From: Alphaproteobacteria bacterium | GTDB taxonomy: Bacteria; Pseudomonadota; Alphaproteobacteria; UBA828 | DNA length: 64,000 nt | Assembly: GCA_963667785.2 (NCBI GenBank) | Contig: CAXXMU010000001.1 | Location: 704,001 to 768,000, forward strand | Direction: 5' to 3' | Part shown: positions 1 to 8,450 of the stretch, in pieces | Layout of the letters: each line of letters opens with the position of its first letter | Position numbering within the stretch: position 1 is the stretch's first letter | The notes under the pieces: model-generated | The model's database searches: none | Seen by the model: only the letters and a program-made list of their open reading frames with translations | What the model was told of the DNA's origin: nothing | Position numbers and translations under genes: made by a program

Positions 1-2
1 CG

Positions 3-608
3 CTACGCGGCCATCTGGCGGAGTTCGGCATCGTTGCGGCCCAGGGTCCCGCTCATGTCGACCGCCTGGCACCGGCGCTCGAGGATCCAGGCTCAGACCT
101 GCCGGACACGGTCCGCGAGCTGGGCACGCTTCTGCTCGAACAGATCGCCGGGTTCAACGCGAAGATCGAGTGCCTGGAGAAGGAAGTCCACGCGAGTGCG
201 CGGCGGGATGCAGAAGCACGGCGCCTGATGAGCGTGCCGGGGATTGACCCGATCACCGCGATGGCGATCCAGGCCTTCGCACCGCCGATGGAGACCTTCC
301 GGCGCGGCCGGGACTTCGCCGCCTGGCTCGGCGTTGTGCCGCGCCAGCACTCGACCGGTGGCAAGCCGCGGCTGGGTAAGATATCGAAGATGGGCCAGCG
401 CGATCTCAGGCGTCTGCTGATCACGGGCGCCATGGCGGTCATCCGCTGGGCGATCCGGCGCGGCAAGACGAACGATCCGTGGCTCGTCAGGATGCTGGCG
501 CGCAAGCCGAGGATGCTGGTCGCCGTGGCGCTGGCCAATCGGATGGCGCGCATCGTTTGGGCGCTGATGACCAAGAAGGAGAGTTACCGGGCTCCCGCCG
601 TCGCCTAA
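3..608 (+). CDS. IS110-family (IS1111 subgroup) transposase/recombinase, 5'-truncated by the window edge
   Basis: Frame is open from nt 3 (LRGHLAEFGIVAAQGP...) into ORF 228..608. Motifs SVPGIDPITA, GRDFAAWLGVVPRQHSTGGK, ISKMGQRDLRRLL, VAVALANRMARIVWAL. Confidence 0.93.
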   Translation, partial: LRGHLAEFGIVAAQGPAHVDRLAPALEDPGSDLPDTVRELGTLLLEQIAGFNAKIECLEKEVHASARRDAEARRLMSVPGIDPITAMAIQAFAPPMETFRRGRDFAAWLGVVPRQHSTGGKPRLGKISKMGQRDLRRLLITGAMAVIRWAIRRGKTNDPWLVRMLARKPRMLVAVALANRMARIVWALMTKKESYRAPAVA

Positions 609-878
609 GAGGCGGCCAGGCGGGTAGCTGTCGGGGACGTGGGCAGGTCTGAGGAAAGGCAAGGGCAAACGGTCAATCGAGACGGGATCGGGAAAACCAG
701 CTTCCGGATGCGGAGCCTTCGAGCTCGCGTAAGCGATATGGACCCGGTCCGCGCATCTCCATGAAGGCCCGCGGCGTGTGAAGTGCCGCAACGAGAGGCC
801 GGACACACGACAGCACCTGACCGCGTGCATCCAGTCGACCGAAGAAAATGCTTGCGTCAAACGGGGCGTCCACACACG
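609..878 (+). ncRNA. IS1111 right non-coding end; putative bridge RNA/seekRNA template
   Basis: ~270-nt non-coding tail with IS1111-type blocks (GGGAAAACCAG, ATATGGACCCGGTCCGCG, GGCCGGACACACGACAGCACC), ending in the subterminal IR-like GGGGCGTCCACACAC. Confidence 0.65.
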
Positions 879-896
879 TCCGGTGAAGACCGCAGC

Positions 897-1028
897 TCAC
901 ACAGTACCATCCCCGATCGATATAGCGATCCGGCGCTCCGTGATCGTTAGCTCGTCGTCGAGGCCGCGCCCGAAGATGTGAACTAAGAAGGTTTCGCTGT
1001 TGCCGCGCTGTGCGCTGCCGATCTGCAT
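897..1028 (-). CDS. Putative 43-aa micro-ORF or gene remnant (MQIGSAQRGNSETFLVHIFGRGLDDE...)
   Basis: GGAGG RBS 7 nt upstream of ATG; the first 26 residues are identical to the copy at 13687-13821. Confidence 0.35.
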   Translation of the reverse strand: MQIGSAQRGNSETFLVHIFGRGLDDELTITERRIAISIGDGTV

Positions 1029-1140
1029 GGTGCCGCCTCCCGTTGGCCGGTCGATGAAGACGGCGGGCACGGCCCTCGCCGGAAGCCCACGCCCGCCGCC
1101 CGGCTACCGGCCAGGCTCTCCCTCTCGTCGGCGTGAGGGC
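950..1140. repeat. ~190-bp direct repeat, copy 1 (copy 2 at 13743-13933)
   Basis: Colinear high similarity at a constant offset of 12,793, e.g. GCGCTGCCGATCTGCATGGTGCCGCCTCCCGTTGGCCGGTCGATGAAGACGGCGGGCAC is identical in both copies. Confidence 0.92.
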
Positions 1141-1717
1141 CAAGAGCCCGGCGCAGAGAGCGAACGGGGTGCTTCGCAGACATTCGTGCGCCGGCGGGTC
1201 GCACCTGTATGTTGGGCAGAGAAGAGTTGGAGGGCGTTGGCTGCCGGCGGGAGCTTGAGGGCCGGCCGAGAACCAGCGATTGCGCTGCCCTAGCCCCTGA
1301 TTGCGCGCTAGCCTGTGGCCCCCGCCGGATCCTTACCGCCGATCAGCATGTAAGCGTATACATCGCAGCTCTCCGCTCGCCTCCGCGGGACGCCACTTCA
1401 TTTGACACGAGCTAGGTTCAGAGCTTCCTAGGCGAGCTGGGGAACTAGCTCCTCATCGGCTGTAGCCTCTAGACACTCAACGCGGTAAGGATCATGATCG
1501 AAGCGTCATGCTGCCGCTCCAACACGGTCACAGCCCGTTCGACACTGTGATACGGACCGTACACACCGGAGGCCCTGCCGTTGCCGGCCCTGCTGGCGCC
1601 TGAACTCAGTTACCCGGCCACTTCAGCCATGATTTCGCCCACAACTTTAGACTAACTTCAATCTGGACCACCCGACTAGTCCGGTGTGTCAAGTACCAGA
1701 CATTGTCAGGAGAAATG

Positions 1718-3988
1718 ATGCCTACCCTCTACCGAGATACCGGCTATTCGTTGACTCATCTGATCGAGGATATCAAGCATGACAATATCGCCCTGCCAGA
1801 GATCCAGAGACCGTTTGTCTGGTCGTCGGCCAAAACACGGGACCTCTTCGACTCGATGTATCGCGGCTATCCCGTTGGGACGCTCCTATTTTGGGAAACA
1901 GGCGCGGAGGTAGGCACTCGCCAAATCGGCGGCGGAGACAGTAAAAAGGTGGCTAAGCTCCTCATCGTGGACGGTCAGCAACGCTTGACGTCGCTCTTCG
2001 CCGTTCTCACAGGGAAACCCGTCCTGACCAAGATATTTGAGGACAAACACATACGATTAGCGTTTCGCCCTAGCGACGAAACATTCGAGGTAACGGACGC
2101 AGCTATCCGTCGAGACCCGGAGTTTATTCCCGATATTACTGTATTGTGGGCTGAAGGGTATAAGTCGACCGTTCGCGATTTCATGACCCACCTCTCCGAG
2201 AATCGCGACACTATGCCTAGCGACGCCCAGCAGGATCTGCTCGAAGAAAGAATTGATCGTGTGCGCGACCTGCGAGACTTTCGTTTCCAAGTTATTGAAC
2301 TCAATACTAGAGCTAATGAGGAGCAAGTTGCGGAGATATTCGTACGCATCAACTCTGAGGGCGTCAAACTTAATCAGGCAGACTTCATCCTTACTCTAAT
2401 GTCTGTTCATTGGGAGGAGGGGCGCCAACAACTGGAAGCCTTCTGTCGTGCTGCCGTTGATCCGAAAGTCTCCAGTCCCTCGCCAAAAAACGTTTTCATT
2501 GACCCCAGTCCCGATCAACTCTTGCGGGCTGGTGTCGGACTGGCCTTTCATCGCGGTCGACTTCAACATGTCTACAACATTCTTCGCGGAAAGGATCTTG
2601 AAACAGGCCAAGTCTCTGAAAACAGGCGAACACAGCAGTTCCACAACCTACGACGCGCGCAGCAGGTCGTCGTCGACTTGACCAATTGGCACGAGTATTT
2701 TAAGTGTCTATCCTATGCCGGCTTCCGCAGTCGCCGGATGGTGACATCTGAAAACGCACTCATATATACATATCTGTTTTGGCTGATAGGTCGGCGCGAC
2801 TTTGGTTTGGACCTAAAGGTGTTGAGAAGACTCATAGCCCGATGGTTCTTCATGTGTCATACGACAGGGAGGTACACCTCGTCCCCGGAAAGTCAAATTG
2901 AGGCTGACCTTAGTCGAGTATCGTCTCTACGTCCTGGCGACGCCACTGCCTTTTGCGAAGAACTCGATCGTATTGTCAGATCAAACTTCACCGGAGACTA
3001 CTGGGCTATTTCACTGCCAAACAGACTAGATACTTCAGCCGCGCGTTCTCCAGCTCTTTTCTCATACTGGGCTGCACTTAATCTACTTGATGCGGAGTGC
3101 ATGTTCAGTGACCTTAGAGTTCGAGATCTATTTGATCCAATGTCAGTTGCTCCACGAGGAATCGAACAGCACCACTTGTTCCCGAGAGCGTATTTGGCAG
3201 GCGTAGGTATATCATCGACTAGGCAAGTTAACGCCATAGCCAATATGGCTTTTTTGGACTGGCCCGAGAATGTCGAAATCGATAAAGACACACCGAGCGA
3301 CTATTGGTCAGCCATGACCGCCGATATGAATAAGGACCGGCTAGAGCAACAGGCTTACTGGCATGCCCTTCCAGCCGGCTGGAGCCATCTCGATTACCCG
3401 ACCTTCCTCGAACGACGACGAACATTGATCGCTACAGTGGTGCGAGATGGATTTGATACCCTGTGGGAGGATCGGAAGCCACTGCGAACAGCATCACTAC
3501 AGGACCTTTTAGTTGTCGGCGAGTCGCAAACTTTGGAGTTCAAGGCCGCCGCACGCTGGAATCTGCACACAAGTCAGGTAGACAAGAGGATTGAGCACGC
3601 CATTTCCAAAGCAGTATGCGGCTTTCTGAATGCAGAAGGGGGAAAACTCTTGATCGGTGTAGACGACCTTGGAAGACCCACTGGTCTTATCAATGACATG
3701 AAGACATTGCGAAATAAGCCAAACAGAGACGGCTTCGAACTGTTTCTTAGGCAGCATTTTGACAATAGTCTCTCTGTAAAAGCTGGTAGTGCTCTGAAAG
3801 TGGAGTTTGAGGAGTTGGAGGGCAAAGATGTTTGCATTGTGACTGTCGCCGCGTTCGGCAAGCCAGTGTTTGCCAAGGCAGCGGCAGGTAGCCAGGAGCC
3901 GTCCGAGTTTTGGGTGCGCATGGGGAACGCCACCAAGCAATTGCATGGCGACGATATGGTCCAGTATCAGGCCAGTCGGTGGAGTTGA
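1718..3988 (+). CDS. GmrSD-like DUF262 + DUF1524/HNH protein with a C-terminal Schlafen/AlbA_2 domain
   Basis: DUF262 motifs LPEIQRPFVW, DSMYRGYPVGTLLFW, LIVDGQQRLTS, FVRINSEGVKL. HNH-like EQHHLFP...NAIANMAFL...N. AlbA_2 GESQTLEFK...VCGFLNAEGGKLLIGVDD. AGGAG RBS at 1708-1712 (ORF track starts at 1703). Confidence 0.88.
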   Translation: MPTLYRDTGYSLTHLIEDIKHDNIALPEIQRPFVWSSAKTRDLFDSMYRGYPVGTLLFWETGAEVGTRQIGGGDSKKVAKLLIVDGQQRLTSLFAVLTGKPVLTKIFEDKHIRLAFRPSDETFEVTDAAIRRDPEFIPDITVLWAEGYKSTVRDFMTHLSENRDTMPSDAQQDLLEERIDRVRDLRDFRFQVIELNTRANEEQVAEIFVRINSEGVKLNQADFILTLMSVHWEEGRQQLEAFCRAAVDPKVSSPSPKNVFIDPSPDQLLRAGVGLAFHRGRLQHVYNILRGKDLETGQVSENRRTQQFHNLRRAQQVVVDLTNWHEYFKCLSYAGFRSRRMVTSENALIYTYLFWLIGRRDFGLDLKVLRRLIARWFFMCHTTGRYTSSPESQIEADLSRVSSLRPGDATAFCEELDRIVRSNFTGDYWAISLPNRLDTSAARSPALFSYWAALNLLDAECMFSDLRVRDLFDPMSVAPRGIEQHHLFPRAYLAGVGISSTRQVNAIANMAFLDWPENVEIDKDTPSDYWSAMTADMNKDRLEQQAYWHALPAGWSHLDYPTFLERRRTLIATVVRDGFDTLWEDRKPLRTASLQDLLVVGESQTLEFKAAARWNLHTSQVDKRIEHAISKAVCGFLNAEGGKLLIGVDDLGRPTGLINDMKTLRNKPNRDGFELFLRQHFDNSLSVKAGSALKVEFEELEGKDVCIVTVAAFGKPVFAKAAAGSQEPSEFWVRMGNATKQLHGDDMVQYQASRWS

Positions 3989-4035
3989 TCTTTCAGTGCG
4001 TGTTCTCCTTACGACTAACTTTAAAGCAAGTTAGA

Positions 4036-5951
4036 CCCAACTTGAACAGTAACCGCCCGATTTGAGGGAGGTCTGGTCCGGTAAGTTGTTGAAATCGCTC
4101 AATACCGGAAGTCGATTTCACCAGATCGCGAAAAGTGTAGTGAAAACATTTTCGCCATGTGGGCCGTAGTGGCTTGATATTCTCGGCAGTTCCAGACACA
4201 ACATCTCGATGTTCGTCTGCGAAAAGGTCGCCCGGGGGCACCGATATCTCTACCTCGTAGAGAGTGTCCACGAGGGAAAGCGGGTACGCCAGCGCACCAT
4301 CCGCGCGCTCGGCCGCAAGGACGTTCTCCACGCCAGCGGCGAGCTCGACCGGCTGATCGCCTCCCTGGCGCGTCATTCCGAGCGGGCGATGGTACTCAAC
4401 GACATGGAAGCCGGCGCTCTGGCGTGCACCCGCATCGGCGGACCACTCTTGTTCGGGCGGCTCTGGGAGCGGCTGGAGCTGGGCGAGGTGGTGAACGATC
4501 TGCTGGATGGCCGCGGCTTCGAGTTCGCCGTCGAGCGGGCGGTCTTCGTCAGCGTCCTGCACCGTCTGTTCGCCTCCGGCTCGGACCGCTCGTGCGAGAA
4601 GTGGATGCGCGACTACGCCATCCCGGGGGTCGACGATCTGTGCCTGCACCACCTGTATCGGGCGATGACCTGGTTGGGTGAGGAGCTGGAGCCGGCCGCA
4701 GAGGGCGATCTCGCGCCGCGCTGCGTGAAGGACGAGATCGAGGAGCGTCTGTTCGAGCGCCGGCGGGATCTCTTCACCGACCTCTCGCTGGTCTTCATGG
4801 ACACCACGACGCTGTCGTTCCACGGCGCGGGGGGGGGGGGGGGGGGCGAGAGCCTGGGAGCGCACGGCCATTCCAAGGATCACCGCCCCGACCTGCGTCA
4901 GATGGTGCTGGCCGTGGTCCTCGACGGCGAGGGCCGTCCTGTGTGCACCGAGATGCTGGCCGGGAACACCGCCGACATGACCGTGCTCTTGCCCGTGGTC
5001 GACCGTTTGCGCAAGCGCTTCGGCATCGGCCGTGTGTGCGTGGTGGCGGACCGGGGGATGATCTCGGCGGCGACGATCGCGGCGCTGGAGGAGCGCGGCC
5101 TGGACTACATCCTGGGCGCGCGCGAGCGGGGCTCGGCGGTGATCCGCGAGATTGTGCTGAAGGACGAGAGGCCGTTCGTGCCGCTTCGGATTGAGCGCGG
5201 CCGCGGCGACACCCAGCTCTTCGTCAAGCAAGTGATGGTCCATGGCGCGCGCTACATCGTGTGCCGCAACGAGGCGAAAGCCGAGAAGGACCGGGCCGAC
5301 CGCCAGGCGATCGTCGCCACCCTGGAGAAGCGGCTCTCGGGCGGCGACAAGGCGCTGGTCGGCAACGCCGGCTGGCGCCGTTATCTGCGCAGGACGGGCA
5401 CCGGCAAGGCGTTCGAGATCGACGCCGGCAAGCTGGCCGAGGAAGCCCGCTTCGACGGCATCTTCGTGCTCAGGACCAACGCCGGCATGACGCCGCTCAA
5501 TGCGGTGCTGAGGTACAGGGAGTTGCTCCTGGTTGAGGATCTGTTCAGACGGGCGAAGGTCCAGTTGCGCACGCGGCCGATCTACCACTCCTGCGACGCG
5601 GCGATCCGGGGCCATGTCTTCTGCTCGTTCCTCGCGCTGGTGCTGCAGAAGGAGCTGGCCGACCTTTGCCGATCCCACGAGGTCAGCGTCGAATGGGACG
5701 ACCTGATCCGCGATCTCGACCGCCTGCAGGAGGCGACGATCGAGAAGGACGGCAAGCGCGTCACCACGCGCACGCACGTCGAGGGACAGGTGGGGCGGGT
5801 CTTCCAGGCCGCCGGCATCGCGCTTCCGCCCAACTGGCGCGAACACCTCGCCTGAACCTTCACACCCCCGAAATGTAGTGGAGACATCCGGCGGCGCCGG
5901 CATAACTTGTTGATCTATCGATTACTCTGGAATCGCACTGTTCAAGTTGGG
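4036..5951 (+). mobile_element. Complete IS1634-family insertion sequence
   Basis: 15-bp perfect terminal IRs CCCAACTTGAACAGT (4036-4050) / ACTGTTCAAGTTGGG (5937-5951). TTAGA target duplication at 4031-4035 and 5952-5956 (a 6-bp GTTAGA reading is also possible). Confidence 0.93.
4209..5855 (+). CDS. IS1634-family DDE transposase
   Basis: YLYLVES...RVRQRTI, VFMDTTTLSF, GHSKDHRPDLRQ, VVADRGMIS, DGIFVLRTN, VEDLFR..K..LRTRPIYH, IRGHVFCSFLAL. Confidence 0.93.
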   Translation: MFVCEKVARGHRYLYLVESVHEGKRVRQRTIRALGRKDVLHASGELDRLIASLARHSERAMVLNDMEAGALACTRIGGPLLFGRLWERLELGEVVNDLLDGRGFEFAVERAVFVSVLHRLFASGSDRSCEKWMRDYAIPGVDDLCLHHLYRAMTWLGEELEPAAEGDLAPRCVKDEIEERLFERRRDLFTDLSLVFMDTTTLSFHGAGGGGGGESLGAHGHSKDHRPDLRQMVLAVVLDGEGRPVCTEMLAGNTADMTVLLPVVDRLRKRFGIGRVCVVADRGMISAATIAALEERGLDYILGARERGSAVIREIVLKDERPFVPLRIERGRGDTQLFVKQVMVHGARYIVCRNEAKAEKDRADRQAIVATLEKRLSGGDKALVGNAGWRRYLRRTGTGKAFEIDAGKLAEEARFDGIFVLRTNAGMTPLNAVLRYRELLLVEDLFRRAKVQLRTRPIYHSCDAAIRGHVFCSFLALVLQKELADLCRSHEVSVEWDDLIRDLDRLQEATIEKDGKRVTTRTHVEGQVGRVFQAAGIALPPNWREHLA

Positions 5952-6223
5952 TTAGAGTACAAGGGCTCAATTCAAATCTTGGTCTGTGTGGCTGCGTTTC
6001 TCAGTGTAGGCACGCATCTGCTGCATCTCGCGTACAACACGTGAACGGGACGAAGCACGTTCGATCCCAATCACTGTAACAAAGCTGTACAGCCTCCTTC
6101 ACCGCGGCCAAGGCAAGCATCTCTCTTTCCTGCAGCAACCCATTTTGCTGAAAGGGCTTCAGGAATGGTTAGCAACTCAGACCAAATGCACGCTGAAGGA
6201 GTCCTCTTTCTCCAATTGTATGC

Positions 6224-6260
6224 TTGCGTTACTGGAATCACGGTGTTATAGGACTAACAC
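6224..6260 (+). promoter_or_regulatory. Putative sigma70 promoter with overlapping inverted-repeat operator
   Basis: TTGCGT (6224-6229)-N17-TATAGG (6247-6252); the palindrome GTGTTA-N6-TAACAC (6243-6260) covers the -10 element. Confidence 0.45.
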
Positions 6261-6276
6261 ACACTTGGAGACTCTG

Positions 6277-6471
6277 TTGTCCAATCCGGCTTCCACGGCT
6301 AGGCGCTCCGATGAAGCACGCATGGTTCATGTGAGGCTTGATCCAGACTTGCATCGACGTCTTCGTATCGTGGTTGCTGCAGAGGACACGTCTCTTCAGG
6401 ATTGGCTGGCGCGTGTTGTCGAACAGGCCGTCATTGAGAAGTGGCCGAACGTGATAGCCGAAGGAGAGTGA
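6277..6471 (+). CDS. Small ribbon-helix-helix (Arc/CopG-like) regulator heading the R-M operon
   Basis: VHVRLDPDLHRRLRIVVAAEDTSLQDWLARVVEQAV fits the RHH pattern. GGAG precedes TTG 6277 (ATG 6322 is an alternative start). The stop abuts the methylase start. Confidence 0.7.
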   Translation: MSNPASTARRSDEARMVHVRLDPDLHRRLRIVVAAEDTSLQDWLARVVEQAVIEKWPNVIAEGE

Positions 6472-6473
6472 AT

Positions 6474-8450
6474 GTGGCCGCAGGCGGAGCCGAGACGCAA
6501 CTCGCTTCGGCACGGACTACCGCTGTCATCGTTCAACAAGGTAAGATCCTTGACTACATTGACGGCCTTACTCAGCGGACAGAAACACCGGAGGAGTACG
6601 TACGGCAGGAAATCGCAAAATCGCTAGTCCGCGAATATGACTACAACAAAAGAGATATTTTAGTCGAGTTCATCCTGCGCTTAGGCTCACGCAAACCGAG
6701 AGCAGATCTAGTGGTTTTTGATGAAAACGACCATCATGCTCAAGATCGCGTTCGCATAATCATCGAATGCAAGTCGCAAAAGGTCAAATCAACAGATCGA
6801 AAGGATGGCATTGGGCAGTTGAAGAGTTACATGTCTGCATGCCCGAACGTCGCGTACGGTATGTGGACTAACGGTGTTGAGCGAATCTGCTATAGGCGGG
6901 TCGTAACTGACGGAGAAGTTGAATTCGAGGAAATTCCTGACATTCCGGGCAAAGGTAGAACTGAAGATGAAGTGGAGCGTCCCCGTTTCGATCAATTGAA
7001 AGCCGCGTCGTCTGATGCCCTTCTGTTTGCTTTCCGCCGCTGTCACAATTACATCGCCGGAAATCAGGGTCTGCAAAAACCGGAGGCCTTTTGGGAACTA
7101 TTGAAACTAATTTTTTGCAAGATTCACGACGAACGCACTTCGGACGAAGTAGAGTTTTATGCCACTTCCAAGGAACGTCGCGGACTCAATGGTCGTCTGA
7201 AAGCCAAAAAAAGGCTCGACGGCCTGTTTCACGAAGTGAAGAGGGAATACCCCACGATTTTTCGTGAGAACGAAGCAGTGGAATTGAATCCCGAGGTTCT
7301 TGCATATATTGTCACCCAGCTTCAGATGTATTCACTCCTAGAAAGCGACATTGACGTTAAAGGTCGGGCCTACGAAGAAGTCGTCGGCTCCAACCTGCGT
7401 GGAGACCGTGGGGAGTTTTTCACACCGCGAAATATTTGTCAGATGATGGTGACCATGCTCGACCCAGGCGAGCGTCAAGTAATACTTGATCCGGCCTGTG
7501 GAACCGGAGGTTTTCTCATAACGGCGATGAACTATGTAATCCAGAAAATACAAAAAGCGGAAACCAGCAAGTGGGGTGACGTAGACCGTGCCGAGTCAGC
7601 AATCCGTCGACGCGTTCAGCGATACGCTGAGACGCACATTATGGGAATGGATCTCAACCCAAACCTAGTTAAGGCCTCTAAAATGAACATGGTGATGAAT
7701 AATGATGGCACGGGCGGGCTGTATCAAGCGAACTCCCTAAAGGCGCCGGCTACCTGGGGCGACGACCTTCACGCGCGCCGGATCATGGGACAAGTCGATC
7801 TTCTATTCACAAATCCTCCCTTCGGCTCGAAGATACCCATCGATGACCCAGCGGTTCTTGAGGCCTACGACCTTGGTCACGTCTGGAAGTACGATGAGAA
7901 GAGCGATGAGTGGTTGATCACCAAGGCTGTGCAGAAGTCACAACCTCCTGAGATTCTTTTCATAGAACGTTGTGTCAGGTTTCTCAAGCCGAAGACTGGA
8001 CGCTGTGCAATTGTGCTTCCGGATGGAATTCTCGGTTCCCCCGGCCTTGGCTACGTGCGAGAGTGGATCCTTCGCCATACTCGCGTGCTCGCGAGTATAG
8101 ATCTTCATCCGGACACGTTTCAGCCGCACGTAAGCGTTCAAACCAGTGTGCTTGTTCTCCAACGCAAGACCGAACATGAAATCGCTGTCGAAACGGCGGC
8201 GGGTCGCCTGAATGATTACGACGTGTTTATGGCACTGGCAAACCATATTGGTCACGACAAGCGAGGGAACATCACGTACGTTCGCGATCGCAAAGGCAAT
8301 GAGATCGTGGAGGAAGTTGAGGAAACGCTAAAGGAGTACGAGGCCGGCAGGCCAATTTACAGGAAGCAGCTCTCGAGACGAAAAGCTATAGATGACAATA
8401 CCCTTCAGGTGGCACAGGCGTTTCAGCTATGGCTCTCAGAGCAAGACTAA
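6474..8450 (+). CDS. Fused restriction nuclease (HSDR_N-like PD-(D/E)xK) + N6-adenine methyltransferase (type I M-like / type IIB-like)
   Basis: N-terminal PEEYVRQ...RADLVVF...IIECK...QLKSY; MTase motifs GEFFTPRNI, DPACGTGGFL, NPPFG, AIVLPDGIL. AAGGAG RBS before GTG 6474 (ORF track starts at 6441). Confidence 0.88.
   Translation: MAAGGAETQLASARTTAVIVQQGKILDYIDGLTQRTETPEEYVRQEIAKSLVREYDYNKRDILVEFILRLGSRKPRADLVVFDENDHHAQDRVRIIIECKSQKVKSTDRKDGIGQLKSYMSACPNVAYGMWTNGVERICYRRVVTDGEVEFEEIPDIPGKGRTEDEVERPRFDQLKAASSDALLFAFRRCHNYIAGNQGLQKPEAFWELLKLIFCKIHDERTSDEVEFYATSKERRGLNGRLKAKKRLDGLFHEVKREYPTIFRENEAVELNPEVLAYIVTQLQMYSLLESDIDVKGRAYEEVVGSNLRGDRGEFFTPRNICQMMVTMLDPGERQVILDPACGTGGFLITAMNYVIQKIQKAETSKWGDVDRAESAIRRRVQRYAETHIMGMDLNPNLVKASKMNMVMNNDGTGGLYQANSLKAPATWGDDLHARRIMGQVDLLFTNPPFGSKIPIDDPAVLEAYDLGHVWKYDEKSDEWLITKAVQKSQPPEILFIERCVRFLKPKTGRCAIVLPDGILGSPGLGYVREWILRHTRVLASIDLHPDTFQPHVSVQTSVLVLQRKTEHEIAVETAAGRLNDYDVFMALANHIGHDKRGNITYVRDRKGNEIVEEVEETLKEYEAGRPIYRKQLSRRKAIDDNTLQVAQAFQLWLSEQD

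Noticed and set aside
93-875. 260-aa and 173-aa minus-strand ORFs over the IS110 end
   Set aside because: Antisense to the transposase and its non-coding end; typical high-GC shadow frames.
1344-1449. Possible gene remnant with an internal TAG (…ATSFDTS*VQSFLGELGN*)
   Set aside because: Too short and no recognisable family.
3993-5903. 636-aa minus-strand ORF
   Set aside because: Antisense shadow of the IS1634 transposase; no recognisable motifs.
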